Positions 1 to 9,586 of a DNA stretch of 64,000 nt are shown piece by piece. The notes below the pieces were generated by a model. The model did no database searches, was not told where the DNA came from, and saw nothing but the letters and a program-made list of their open reading frames with translations. The position numbers and the translations under genes are program-made. How positions within the stretch are numbered: position 1 is the stretch's first letter; the number at the start of each line of letters is the position of its first letter. This DNA is from Nitrospira defluvii (lineage in GTDB: Bacteria > Nitrospirota > Nitrospiria > Nitrospirales > Nitrospiraceae): NCBI GenBank assembly GCA_011525625.1, contig WYAX01000022.1:33218-97217 (forward strand). Direction: 5' to 3'.

Positions 1-165
1 GTCGGCATCCTCACGAAGCTGCGCCGATCCTTCTGGCCCGGCCCCTGGGGACGGCTGGCCGGCGATTGCCGAGGTCAGGCTCAACATCCCGAAGAGGCAG
101 ACACTCAGGCCGTGGACGACATGTCTACGATGCGGACGAACCGGAATGAGTCTGTTGATCGCCAT
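1..165 (-). CDS. Partial (runs off window start) probable exported protein, MAINRLIPVRPHRRHVVHGLSVCLFGMLSLTSAIAGQ...
   Basis: Not in ORF track. ATG at 165 with AAGGAGG RBS 4 nt upstream; open to the window edge; basic N-terminus then hydrophobic stretch. Confidence 0.6.
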   Translation of the reverse strand, partial: MAINRLIPVRPHRRHVVHGLSVCLFGMLSLTSAIAGQPSPGAGPEGSAQLREDAD

Positions 166-270
166 AATTCCTCCTTGATGTGTTCCATGTGCGCAATGGG
201 TGTCGCTTGCCTCGTCGTGCAGGAATCCGACGACGCGCCGATACCAGCCCGGTCTCTCCTCTCGTCCGTA

Positions 271-492
271 CTACCGGAGCAGACCGATCGCATTCGCGCG
301 TCGCCGGGCGCCTTGCCGTCGATAGTCCTCCCGGTCCGGCCCGTGTCGATGACGATTTGCCACAATCAGTTGATCCACGATGTCTCCGCAGGCAAAGCAG
401 CGCCACGCGTCGACATCGTACGGCGGATGTCCCCCGCCGCAATCCTGCAAACCGATCGGGAACATGAGATTGTCGCAACGTCGACAGTGCAT
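271..492 (-). CDS. Small zinc-ribbon protein (CxxC...CxxCGDIVD)
   Basis: MHCRRCDNLM...WRCFACGDIVDQLIVANR; paralogous to 50780..51058. ATG 492 fits the predicted promoter better than TTG 525. Confidence 0.7.
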   Translation of the reverse strand: MHCRRCDNLMFPIGLQDCGGGHPPYDVDAWRCFACGDIVDQLIVANRHRHGPDREDYRRQGARRRANAIGLLR

Positions 493-565
493 CGTCTTAC
501 CCCGCAGTCTTGATGTTCGTGCCAAGCCCTACCCGCACCCTACAAAAAACGTCTCCGTCGCAGCA

Positions 566-581
566 CTAGGCGGGTCCCTGG
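566..581 (-). promoter_or_regulatory. CTAG-N8-CTAG box (CTAGgcgggtccCTGG)
   Basis: -10-like TAGGGT (542..537) 23 nt away on the - strand, facing the zinc-ribbon gene. Confidence 0.75.
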
Positions 582-624
582 TTCTGACGCTTCAATGCGC
601 CCGCTGTCGGACTTGGTGTCCGAT

Positions 625-640
625 CCAGGGATCTGCCTAG
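625..640 (+). promoter_or_regulatory. CTAG-N8-CTAG box (CCAGggatctgcCTAG)
   Basis: -10-like TAGAGT (664..669) 23 nt downstream, upstream of the cytochrome c-glgC-treY genes. Confidence 0.8.
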
Positions 641-700
641 TGGGCCGCGGGAGCCGGTGCGCCTAGAGTTCGAGACAATCAGCGATGAAGGAGGTGAGTC

Positions 701-2149
701 GTGATGAGTGATCGAAAGGCAGCCGGTGTGCTGCTAGGAGCGGCAGTGGCGTTGGGGGCGGTGGTTGCGCCGTGGATGCTGGTGCATGCGGAGCGGGCTG
801 TCGATCAGGAGCGAGGCGGTGTCGATTCACCGATCGAGCGCACGAAGGAAAAGGGGTTCGCCGGAGTGGATTTTTCGTATGACCTCTTCGGTGGACCTCC
901 CGGCCAATCGGCGACTCAGCTGGCCGAACAGGCGGTCGCGAAGGATCGAAAAGACAAACCGAAGGTCATGGCGGAGCAGGCCAAGCGATTACAGGAGCGA
1001 TATCGTCTCGACTGCACGACCGGTTCGTCGGCCAGGATGACCAAGGGAAAACCTCAGCCGATCGGACCGACGGTGAAGTTGAAGGACGGTCTGACCTGGG
1101 ATGCGCTCGCCCGCATGGACGCGGAAGATATTCGCAGGCAGAAGGCCTTCCCGCAGGGGTTTATGCGGTTGCCCCATGTCAAGCATGAGGTCGGGGGCAT
1201 GGTCTTTCCTCAGGAACAAATCGAGCAGTTCCCTCGGCTGGAACGAGTCGATGTGGACTTCGATCTCCCGGCCTGCTTTCGGCCGGAATTTCCGCCGCCG
1301 ATCTTTCTCACGACCCATCCCGAACTGGGAGACGTTTCACAAGGCGAGGTCCTGAGTGCCGACAACTTCGATCGACTGTTCCGCGGCTTGATCACGCCTG
1401 TGCAGTTGGATGGATTGAGAATGTTGGTCACGCAGTTTCCGCAGGAAGAGTTCAATCTGACGCCGGACCGCAAGTCGTTGAAGCCGAGTCTCGGCGTGGC
1501 CTGCCTCGATTGCCATGTCAATTTTCACACGACCGGCCAGTTTCATCTCAATCCGGACACCCGGCCCCAGCGGGACCGGTTGCGTCTCGATACCGTCAGT
1601 CTGCGTGGGATGTTCAATCAACAGATTCACGGCTCCAAACGGAGTCTGCGATCCGTCGAAGATTTTACGGAGTTCGAGCAGCGGACGGCGTATTTCAACG
1701 GCGATCACATCCGCGCGGCCAAGAAGGGAATGCATATCATCGACCGCCTGCAGGTTGCGCACATGGCGCAAATTCAGAACATGATCGATTTTCCTCCCGC
1801 GCCGAAACTCGATCCGATGACCGGGCGGTTGGATCGCGCGCGTGCGGACCGGCAGGAAATTGCCGGCGAGGATCTGTTTTTCGGCAAGGCGCGTTGTGCC
1901 CAATGTCACCAACCGCCGGCTTACACCGATCACATGATGCACGACCTGTTTCTGGAACGATTCGGAGCGGAAGCCGACGGGCCGATCAAGACGTTTGCGC
2001 TGAGAGGGATCAAGGATTCACCGCCCTATTTTCACGACGGGCGATTGCCGACCTTGGAAGATACGGTCGAGTTTTTCAATGTCGTGGGAAGCTTGAAGCT
2101 CAACGCCGATGAAAAAGCAGCCTTGGTGGCCTTCCTGCGAGCGTTGTAA
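701..2149 (+). CDS. Exported di-heme cytochrome c (CcP/MauG-like family)
   Basis: Two CxxCH motifs (CLDCH, CAQCH); C-terminal PPYFHDGRLPTLEDTVEFF; hydrophobic N-terminus; GGAGG RBS. Confidence 0.75.
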   Translation: MMSDRKAAGVLLGAAVALGAVVAPWMLVHAERAVDQERGGVDSPIERTKEKGFAGVDFSYDLFGGPPGQSATQLAEQAVAKDRKDKPKVMAEQAKRLQERYRLDCTTGSSARMTKGKPQPIGPTVKLKDGLTWDALARMDAEDIRRQKAFPQGFMRLPHVKHEVGGMVFPQEQIEQFPRLERVDVDFDLPACFRPEFPPPIFLTTHPELGDVSQGEVLSADNFDRLFRGLITPVQLDGLRMLVTQFPQEEFNLTPDRKSLKPSLGVACLDCHVNFHTTGQFHLNPDTRPQRDRLRLDTVSLRGMFNQQIHGSKRSLRSVEDFTEFEQRTAYFNGDHIRAAKKGMHIIDRLQVAHMAQIQNMIDFPPAPKLDPMTGRLDRARADRQEIAGEDLFFGKARCAQCHQPPAYTDHMMHDLFLERFGAEADGPIKTFALRGIKDSPPYFHDGRLPTLEDTVEFFNVVGSLKLNADEKAALVAFLRAL

Positions 2150-2160
2150 TCCAACGAGGT

Positions 2161-2192
2161 TTGTCGAGGGGCGCATGATGCCCCCTCGACAA
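2161..2192. other. Intergenic GC-rich hairpin without U-tract
   Basis: TTGTCGAGGGG (2161-2171) pairs with CCCCTCGACAA (2182-2192). Confidence 0.6.
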
Positions 2193-2252
2193 GGGCGGAC
2201 CGTATCAGCGGATGTTGAATGGGAAACGAGAGAACCGCGCTGAGGAGACATC

Positions 2253-3512
2253 ATGGCCCAGTCTGACATCACCCATCAGCCGAAGGTGTTGGCGCTCATT
2301 TTGGCCGGCGGCAAGGGGGAGCGGCTCATGCCTCTCACCGAGGTGCGAAGCAAACCGGCCGTGCCGTTCGGGGGCAACTATCGCATCATCGACTTCGTGC
2401 TGAGCAATTTCTACAACTCCGGCCTGACGGCGATCCATGTCATGGTCCAGTATCGCTCGCAGTCGCTGATCGAGCATCTGCGACGTGCCTGGCGGATCGG
2501 CGATGGCGATCGGCAGTTTGTGACGGTGGTGCCGCCGCAAATGAACCTTCGTCGCGGCTGGTACGAGGGCACGGCGGATGCCGTGTATCACAATCTCAAC
2601 CTGATTCAGGACGCCTCGCCCGACGTCGTTGCCGTGTTCGGGGCCGACCACATTTATCGGATGGATCTCCGGCAGATGCTTCGGTTCCATCTGGATCGGC
2701 AGGCGGATGTGTCGGTGGCCGCGTTGCCCATGCCGCTGGCCTCGGCGCAGGGGTTCGGCATCATTGAGGTCGACCGCAACGATCGAATTATCGGTTTCGA
2801 GGAAAAGCCGCCGGAGCCGAAGGCGATGCCGACGCGTCCTGATCGCGCCTTGTCGTCCATGGGCAACTATCTCTTCAATACGGATGTGTTGCTCAGAGCC
2901 CTGAGCGATGATGCCGAAAGGAGCGGGACGCACGATTTCGGGAGAGATATTCTGCCGCGCCTGCTCCGTGAGGAACGGGTCATGGCCTACAACTTCCGGG
3001 ACAATGAAATCCCCGGTCTGAACTATTATGAAGAACCGGCCTATTGGCGCGATGTGGGAACGATCGCCGCCTACTGGCAGGCCAACATGGATCTCCTGGG
3101 GGAAACACCCCTGAATGATCTCCGCAATGCGGAATGGCCGATCCGCGGAGAATCCTCCCGCGGGCTGCCGGCCAGTCTGGTCAATTGTTATGTGGATCAC
3201 GCGCTGATCGGGGAGGGGAGTCGCGTCGTCGAAGCGGATATCAGGCGCTGCGTCATCGGCCGTCATGTCAAAATCGAACCGGGTGCGCAGATCGAAGACT
3301 CCGTGATTTTGGATCACACGTCCATCGGCGCGAAAGCGCGGTTGCGTCGCGTGGTCATCGATCGTGGAAATGCGATTCCCGCCGGTTCCGTATTAGGTCA
3401 TGACGGGACTGCCGCGGCGCCTTTCCCGGGAGTCGCCGCCTCCGACCTGACGGTGATGCCGAAGGCGGTCCTGCCTCAGGATGTGTCGAAGCCGCGATTC
3501 TCCTCGACCTGA
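2253..3512 (+). CDS. glgC: Glucose-1-phosphate adenylyltransferase
   Basis: LAGGKGERLMPLT..RSKPAVPFGGNYRIIDF, WYEGTADAV, ADHIYRMD, FEEKP, SMGNYLF, YWRDVGT motifs. Confidence 0.95.
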   Translation: MAQSDITHQPKVLALILAGGKGERLMPLTEVRSKPAVPFGGNYRIIDFVLSNFYNSGLTAIHVMVQYRSQSLIEHLRRAWRIGDGDRQFVTVVPPQMNLRRGWYEGTADAVYHNLNLIQDASPDVVAVFGADHIYRMDLRQMLRFHLDRQADVSVAALPMPLASAQGFGIIEVDRNDRIIGFEEKPPEPKAMPTRPDRALSSMGNYLFNTDVLLRALSDDAERSGTHDFGRDILPRLLREERVMAYNFRDNEIPGLNYYEEPAYWRDVGTIAAYWQANMDLLGETPLNDLRNAEWPIRGESSRGLPASLVNCYVDHALIGEGSRVVEADIRRCVIGRHVKIEPGAQIEDSVILDHTSIGAKARLRRVVIDRGNAIPAGSVLGHDGTAAAPFPGVAASDLTVMPKAVLPQDVSKPRFSST

Positions 3513-3538
3513 AGTATCGGATGAAGGTCTGATCCGCC

Positions 3539-6439
3539 ATGCCGCGCACTCCTCGTGCCACCTACCGTCTGCAGTTCAACCGTTGCTTTACGTTTCTCGA
3601 TGCCGCGCGGCTCATCCCGTACCTCCATGCCCTCGGTATCAGCGATTGTTATGCCTCGTCGTTTCTGAAAGCCGTGCCGGGGAGTCTACACGGGTACGAC
3701 CTGATCGATCATGACCGGTTGAATCCTGAGCTGGGAAGCGAGGCGGATTTTGCCGCGTTTGTCGCGGCCTTGAAAGCCTATGACATGGGGCTGCTGGTCG
3801 ATGTGGTTCCCAACCACATGGGGATTGCCAGTGCGGACAATCGGTGGTGGTGGGATGTGCTGGAAAGCGGCCCGGGATCTCGGTATGCCTCGGCCTTCGA
3901 CATCGATTGGACGCCGTTGAAGCGAGAACTCAACGACAAAGTCCTGCTCCCTATTCTAGGAGAGCAGTACGGCACAGCCCTCGAACGGCAAGATATTCGC
4001 TTGGTCTGTGAGGACGGCGGGTTTGTGGTGACATATTTTCACTATCGACTGCCGATCGCCCCCGCGTCCTGGGTCGGGCTCTTGTCGTTTCGACTCGATG
4101 CTCTAGCCGCCATCGTAGGGGAGGAACAGGCGGCGCTCCAAGAGTTGCGGAGCATCGTGGCGGCGTTGCGTCATTTGCCGCCGGCCCGAGAACGATCTCC
4201 GGAGTGCATGGCGGAGCGTGAGCGGGAAGCACAGTCGGCGAGACGTCGCTTGGCGGCGCTGATGTCCGACAGCCGCGACGTGCGAGAGCACGTCGAGGCG
4301 ACCGTCCAACGCTATAACGGGACACAGGGCGTTTCCGACAGTTTCGACCATCTGGATGCGTTGCTGAATGAGCAACATTACCGGCTGGCGTCCTGGCGTG
4401 TGGCGTCCGAAGAAATCAACTACCGGCGATTTTTCGACGTGAACGAATTGGCGGCGATTCGTACCGAAGATCCGCGAATCTTCGCGGAGTCGCACCGGCT
4501 GATCTTCCGGTTGCTCAAGGAGGGAGTGGCGACCGGCCTGCGCATCGATCATGTCGACGGCCTCTACGATCCCGAACACTATCTCCGACAACTGCAGGAC
4601 TGGGCGGCGACCGAGTTGCCGCCACAGGGCGGGGAGCAGCGTCCCTCTCTCTTCATCGTCGTGGAAAAAATTCTGGGATCCGGAGAGCAGTTGCCGCGCA
4701 GCTGGCCGGTGGCGGGGACGACCGGATATGACTTTTTGAATCTGCTCAACGGGGTGTTCGTGTGCACCGGCCAGGCCAAGGCGATGGAGGCCGTCTACCG
4801 GACGCTGACCGGACAGCGCCAGCCATACGAGGAACTGGTATACCAGGCGAAAAAGCTCATCATGCGCGCCTCGATGTCCAGTGAACTGAACGTCCTCGGG
4901 CATGAGTTGAATCGCTTATCGGAACGGGACCGGCACTATCGCGATTTCACGCTCAATAGCCTGACCCATGCGGTGCGCGAAATTATCGCCTGTTTTCCCG
5001 TGTACCGCTCGTATGTCAGGGCGGATCGTGAAGATGTGTCGGAGCGTGATCGCCGCTTCATTCATCAAGCGGTGGCCTGTGCCGTGCAACGGAATCCTGC
5101 GCTGAGTCGGCAGGTCTTCGACTTCGTGCGCGATCTGTTGCTGGGCTCGCTGCCGTCGTCCACGAAGCTGACCAACGAGGAACGTGTTCGATTTGTGACG
5201 AGATTTCAGCAGACCACCGGCCCGGTCATGGCCAAGGGGGTCGAAGATACGGTCTGTTACCTGTACAACCGGCTGGTGTCGTTGAACGAAGTGGGAGGAG
5301 ATCCAGGACGATTCGGCTGCTCGCTGGAACAGTTTCACCAGGGGATACGGGATCGCCGTGTGGGCTGGCCGTTTGCCATGTCGGCCACGTCGACTCATGA
5401 TACCAAGCGTGGTGAGGATGTGCGCGCCAGGCTGAACGTGCTCTCGGAGATGCCGGACCGGTGGAGAAAGGCTGTGGCCCGGTGGATGAGGCTGAACAAA
5501 CGGCATCGCACAGAACTTGGGGAAGGGCCGGCGCCGGAACGCCATGTGGAGTATCTCCTGTATCAAACGTTGATCGGAGCCTGGCCGGTCGGTGAGGTGG
5601 ATGCGGGCCGCTATGAAGCGTTCGGCAAGCGGATTGAGGGGTACATGATCAAGGCCGTTCGAGAAGCAAAGGTCCGGACCAGTTGGGTGAACAGTCACGA
5701 AGCCTACGAGCATGCCGTCATCCGATTCATACAGCAGTTGCTGGAGCGCCGTTCCGGCAATCCGTTTTTGAATGAATTCCTTCCATTTCAAGGCATGGTG
5801 GCGAAGTACGGCATGTTCAACAGCCTCTCGACGGCGGTACTGAAGGTCGCGGCGCCCGGGGTTCCCGACTGTTACCAGGGAACGGAGTTGTGGGATCTCA
5901 CGCTCGTGGATCCCGACAATCGTGTTCCGGTCGACTACGCAACCCGCGAGAGGATGATGGCGGACTGCGTGCGGCTGGAGCAGGCCACCGACGCAGACCG
6001 ATTGGCTACGGTAAACGCATGGTGTGCTTCCTGGGAAGACGGACGGATCAAGATGTGTGTGTTGAGTCAGGCGCTCCGTCATCGGCGGGCACAGGCGGAC
6101 CTCTATCTACACGGCGACTATGTGCCATTGGTCTCACAGGGGCACTTTCACTCCCACCTCTGCGCCTTTGCGCGACTGCATCAAGACCAGGCCGTCGTGG
6201 TCCTGGCGCCCCGTTTTCTGGCCAGCATGGAAGCGGAACAGCAGCAGCGCTCATCGCCGGACGATCGTTGGCGGGACACGACCGTCACGGTTCCATCATG
6301 GAAGCCAGGATCGGTGTACCGACACCTGATCACCGGGGAACGGTTCGAGACGACCCCTTACGGACCACACCAGGTGTTGTCTGTCGGGGCGGTTCTCCGG
6401 CATTGTCCCGTAGGGTTCTTGATCCGTTGTGAGCCGTAG
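3539..6439 (+). CDS. treY: Malto-oligosyltrehalose synthase
   Basis: PRATYRLQF, HGYD, DVVPNHM, INYRRFFDVNEL, GLRIDHVDGL, TSTHDTKRGED, YQGTELW..LVDPDNR motifs. Confidence 0.95.
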   Translation: MPRTPRATYRLQFNRCFTFLDAARLIPYLHALGISDCYASSFLKAVPGSLHGYDLIDHDRLNPELGSEADFAAFVAALKAYDMGLLVDVVPNHMGIASADNRWWWDVLESGPGSRYASAFDIDWTPLKRELNDKVLLPILGEQYGTALERQDIRLVCEDGGFVVTYFHYRLPIAPASWVGLLSFRLDALAAIVGEEQAALQELRSIVAALRHLPPARERSPECMAEREREAQSARRRLAALMSDSRDVREHVEATVQRYNGTQGVSDSFDHLDALLNEQHYRLASWRVASEEINYRRFFDVNELAAIRTEDPRIFAESHRLIFRLLKEGVATGLRIDHVDGLYDPEHYLRQLQDWAATELPPQGGEQRPSLFIVVEKILGSGEQLPRSWPVAGTTGYDFLNLLNGVFVCTGQAKAMEAVYRTLTGQRQPYEELVYQAKKLIMRASMSSELNVLGHELNRLSERDRHYRDFTLNSLTHAVREIIACFPVYRSYVRADREDVSERDRRFIHQAVACAVQRNPALSRQVFDFVRDLLLGSLPSSTKLTNEERVRFVTRFQQTTGPVMAKGVEDTVCYLYNRLVSLNEVGGDPGRFGCSLEQFHQGIRDRRVGWPFAMSATSTHDTKRGEDVRARLNVLSEMPDRWRKAVARWMRLNKRHRTELGEGPAPERHVEYLLYQTLIGAWPVGEVDAGRYEAFGKRIEGYMIKAVREAKVRTSWVNSHEAYEHAVIRFIQQLLERRSGNPFLNEFLPFQGMVAKYGMFNSLSTAVLKVAAPGVPDCYQGTELWDLTLVDPDNRVPVDYATRERMMADCVRLEQATDADRLATVNAWCASWEDGRIKMCVLSQALRHRRAQADLYLHGDYVPLVSQGHFHSHLCAFARLHQDQAVVVLAPRFLASMEAEQQQRSSPDDRWRDTTVTVPSWKPGSVYRHLITGERFETTPYGPHQVLSVGAVLRHCPVGFLIRCEP

Positions 6440-6560
6440 CGTTCTGTCCGATTGCCTGAACATCCGAAGTCGTGTCTGCTCCTCCCGTCTCGGGTGTTCC
6501 CCGAGAGTCCATCCCCATCCTTCTCCACCGGTATGCGTATGGCGCTCGCGCGTCTCGTTT

Positions 6561-6576
6561 CTAGGGGCATTCCTAG
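6561..6576 (+). promoter_or_regulatory. CTAG-N8-CTAG box, perfect (CTAGgggcattcCTAG)
   Basis: TACTAG (6600..6605) 23 nt downstream; upstream of the PRC-barrel gene. Confidence 0.8.
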
Positions 6577-6689
6577 CTGGCCTGTGACCGACTGGGCGTT
6601 ACTAGTAACACAAGGGGGCGGTCGTGGCCTCCATCGTTCAAACACCATGACGAGACGACTCGTCACAGGACACACAAAGGAGGGTGTAG

Positions 6690-7049
6690 ATGGCTATTCA
6701 TACAGGTCGACGGCTGTTGTCCGCTTCTACCATCGAGGGCCTGCCGGTACAGAATCAAGCCGGCGAAGATCTCGGTGAAATTCATTCGTTGATGATCGAC
6801 CTCGAAAACGGTCGTATCGCCTATGCCGTTCTGTCGTTCGGAGGATTTCTGGGACTGGGCGACAAACTGTTCGCGCTGCCGTGGGAAGCGCTCACGCTGT
6901 CCGCAGGCGGGGACTTGTTTATTCTGAACGTGCCCAGAGAGCGACTGGAGCGGGCAGAAGGCTTCGATAAGGATCGCTGGCCGGACATGGCCGACACGGC
7001 CTGGGGCGAACGCCTTCATACCTACTATGGGTATAAGCCCTATTGGTAA
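6690..7049 (+). CDS. PRC-barrel domain protein
   Basis: V.NQAGEDLGEIHSLMIDLENGRIAYAVLSFGGFLGLGDKLFALPWEAL; GGAGG RBS. Confidence 0.9.
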   Translation: MAIHTGRRLLSASTIEGLPVQNQAGEDLGEIHSLMIDLENGRIAYAVLSFGGFLGLGDKLFALPWEALTLSAGGDLFILNVPRERLERAEGFDKDRWPDMADTAWGERLHTYYGYKPYW

Positions 7050-7107
7050 AGAGGGGGCGGGAGCGGTACAGGTGCAAGAGGAACGGTCTAACCAAAGGAG
7101 TTGGGTG

Positions 7108-7815
7108 ATGAAACGGAATGTGATCATGTATGCAGGAACGATCGCGTTTATATTGGCCGCGAGTTCACCGGGGTTTTGTCGGGACGCCACGATCGACGAC
7201 AAACCGGACTCGACCATGGGGAAGGGGGCCGGCACAGGAACTCCGACAGAGCCTCCGAAAGTCGATAAAAAAACGGATCTCACCGGTGGGCAACAGGGTG
7301 TCCCGGAAGGTTATGCGGATACTCCCGTGCGGCAGGGCAAACTGGTTGAGGCACGTGAGAGTAAATTTGCCGATGCCATGGTTCACGATACACAAGGGAA
7401 GGCCATCGGAAGAATCAAGGAGCTGTTGAAAGACACGCAAACGAATGAAATCGAATATGCGATCTTTGTCCCCGATGATTCGAAACGGCCCATTCCGCTC
7501 CGGTGGAGTCAATTTCAATCGAAACACGACAAGCTCCAGCTCACCTTGAAAAAGGAGGACTATCGAAACATCGTACAGATGAACAGCAGTAAGGATCAGT
7601 CTCCCGATCTGAAAGCGTATATGGATCAGATCAACCAAGTGCGGTCCGCACCCTCCACTTCCGGGAGTTCCGGTGTGCCAGGCCAAAAAGGGCAAGAGGC
7701 GACCGGCTCGATGGGTGAGGAGCGCGTGGGCGGCGGGGGCATGAGCGGGACCAGCGGGTTGCCCTCCGGACAAGCGCCGGGATTCGAGGGGGGCCATCCG
7801 AGCAGTAAGCGGTAA
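7108..7815 (+). CDS. Exported PRC-barrel-like protein with low-complexity Gly/Ser tail
   Basis: AAGGAG RBS; signal-peptide-like N-terminus; VHDTQGKAIGRIKELL..EIEYAIF..PLRWSQF resembles a PRC barrel. Confidence 0.65.
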   Translation: MKRNVIMYAGTIAFILAASSPGFCRDATIDDKPDSTMGKGAGTGTPTEPPKVDKKTDLTGGQQGVPEGYADTPVRQGKLVEARESKFADAMVHDTQGKAIGRIKELLKDTQTNEIEYAIFVPDDSKRPIPLRWSQFQSKHDKLQLTLKKEDYRNIVQMNSSKDQSPDLKAYMDQINQVRSAPSTSGSSGVPGQKGQEATGSMGEERVGGGGMSGTSGLPSGQAPGFEGGHPSSKR

Positions 7816-7919
7816 CACGCGTCGTCTTCGATGATCGGGTCTAACGGGCAGGCGCTCGACTGAGGGCCTGCCCGTGCTGCGAGAAGCGCAATGGGAGATG
7901 AACGTGGTTTCTGGCAAAC

Positions 7920-8400
7920 GAAGCGATTCGAGTCCGATGCGTGGAGGGGATCGGTGGAGAGTGGGCGGTCAAGTAGTTGGTGGTACATTTCGACAGTCTC
8001 CCGTGCCATTCGCGCTACGGTAAAACGCGACTCGAATACCTGCCTGCAATCGGATCCGGACGGCAATGGAATAACATCGGCTGCAGCAAGCATCTTTTCG
8101 AAGCTCCGGCACAACATTCCGGTGACGCCCTGCTCCAGCATTGCCGGAACGGCACCCGTCGAGCCAGCGATCACAGGAGTCCCGCAGGCCAGCGATTCAA
8201 TGAGGTCATACGCGAGACGACCGGGGTTCCGCAGCGACGCGCCAGGGGACACGGCAGAAACTCCATATGCGAGTGAATCAGATCGAAGGCCTGCGAAGCC
8301 GGGAAAACCCACGCCATCCAGTATGATGAGCGGCGCATCCGCATTCGGTCCGACGGGATGGATGAGTTGAGAGGAATGACATCGGACTGCCGCCCGCCGC
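7920..8400 (-). pseudogene. GT4 glycosyltransferase relic with frameshifts and an internal deletion
   Basis: Fragments FDLIHSHMEFLPCPLARRCGTPVV and IESLACGTPVIA...EQGVTG...CRQVFESRFTVARMARETVEMYHQLL lie in different frames; no intact start. Confidence 0.7.
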
Positions 8401-8452
8401 AGATGACCGAGGGAGGCCGATCGTCTTGCCGAGAGGAGCCGCAACCGTACCG

Positions 8453-8661
8453 GCAGGCTGCGGAACCACTCGTGTGTTGCCCAATACGCTCGGATCACCT
8501 CCTGCGCCGTATCGGTAGCAGGATACCACGGAGGATGCGCACACCGGCCGTTCAGCAAGGCCGCAGCGAGCGACGTGGCGAATCGTATTCCCGCCGTACG
8601 GTGAGCCGCTGAGGGATGCGAGTACGCCGCCGGCGGACGTGTTCCGCATCTTGCTAGGCGT
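8453..8661. repeat. Copy 1 of a ~205-bp dispersed repeat
   Basis: Aligns by eye at roughly 85% identity with 12905..13107; imperfect terminal inverted repeats GCAGGCTGCGGAAC / GTTCCGCATCTTGC. Confidence 0.85.
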
Positions 8662-8669
8662 GTCCCTAG
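8654..8669. promoter_or_regulatory. CTAG-N8-CTAG box, perfect but orphan (tgCTAGgcgtgtccCTAGca)
   Basis: Perfect extended palindrome; no TA hexamer at 23-24 nt on either side. Confidence 0.55.
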
Positions 8670-8714
8670 CAGAATAGGAGAGGGTCTTGGATGGAGGAGA
8701 CGTGGGGCGAGCGA

Positions 8715-9497
8715 TCAGCGTTTGACGGCCCGAATGCCGATGAGGAGCTCATAGTCGCGATCGTGATAGTCCAGTTCCTCCCGTCGGAGTTCCGAACTGA
8801 TGAGCCCTTGCAGGCTCGCAGTGGCGGATAAGACATTGCCGTATGTGGAGATCGTGACATCCGAGGGGTGGAACACCTCTTCAAATAGAAGACGGGTGGA
8901 CAGTGACGTCAAGCGCCAGTAGTCACCCCAATTCTCCATGTCGAAGCGGGAGATCTGGCTGATACCGGGGACCAGGACCAGGACCACTCCGTCGGGTTTG
9001 AGAATTCGGGCGACGGTACGGAGCGCAGCCCGTATATCGAAAATGAACTGCAAGGTAAAGGTCAGAATGATGCAGTCGAAGGTGTCGGAGGGAATGTGGG
9101 GGGCGTTCGTCAAATCACCGTGCATGGTCGAGCCAGGAGCGCCGGCGTGAAAGTGGAGGATCTCCGACCGGCTGACGCGGTCTCCGCCGAATTGCGTCGT
9201 GTAGCGGTTGTCGGCGATTTCCATGACATGCCCATGAATGTCATGGTAATGGGCTGGGAAAAAATGCGACTCCGCGTAGTAACGATCGATGGGTTGACCG
9301 GCTCGCCATCCAAAGTCACGTCGCAAGGGGGAGATGCGACGCAACGATCGACCCCAACGCCAATCCAGACCCAGCCCGTTGGATTCGCCTAGGCATGTTA
9401 CACGAAGCTGTTGATAGAGGGTCTCACCCAACACCTTCCGCGCGGTGTGTTTGAACGGCCGGACGATTTCAGAAATGAGTCGGCTGCGGATGCTCAT
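8715..9497 (-). CDS. Class I SAM-dependent methyltransferase
   Basis: GQPIDRYY, GHVMEIAD..YT, DLTNAPHIPSDTFDCIILTFTLQFIFD..ARILKPDGV; start uncertain (9497 or 9560). Confidence 0.8.
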   Translation of the reverse strand: MSIRSRLISEIVRPFKHTARKVLGETLYQQLRVTCLGESNGLGLDWRWGRSLRRISPLRRDFGWRAGQPIDRYYAESHFFPAHYHDIHGHVMEIADNRYTTQFGGDRVSRSEILHFHAGAPGSTMHGDLTNAPHIPSDTFDCIILTFTLQFIFDIRAALRTVARILKPDGVVLVLVPGISQISRFDMENWGDYWRLTSLSTRLLFEEVFHPSDVTISTYGNVLSATASLQGLISSELRREELDYHDRDYELLIGIRAVKR

Positions 9498-9586
9498 CGT
9501 TTCCCCTGCCAGCCATGAGCGATTTCGCGGAAGTATACTCATTCCTCCAGACCCTGTCATGTAGTTTGTATTAGTACAACCCGAGT

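Noticed and set aside
6598-6609. Perfect palindrome GTTACTAGTAAC and near-palindrome TTGTATTAGTACAA (9566-9579) as a second operator
   Set aside because: Only two dissimilar instances, and the first overlaps the predicted -10.
8453-8661. Protein coding within the 205-bp repeat (..EVIRAYWATHE..)
   Set aside because: In that frame all nine differences I counted between the copies are non-synonymous, there is a 1-nt indel, and no shared start or stop.
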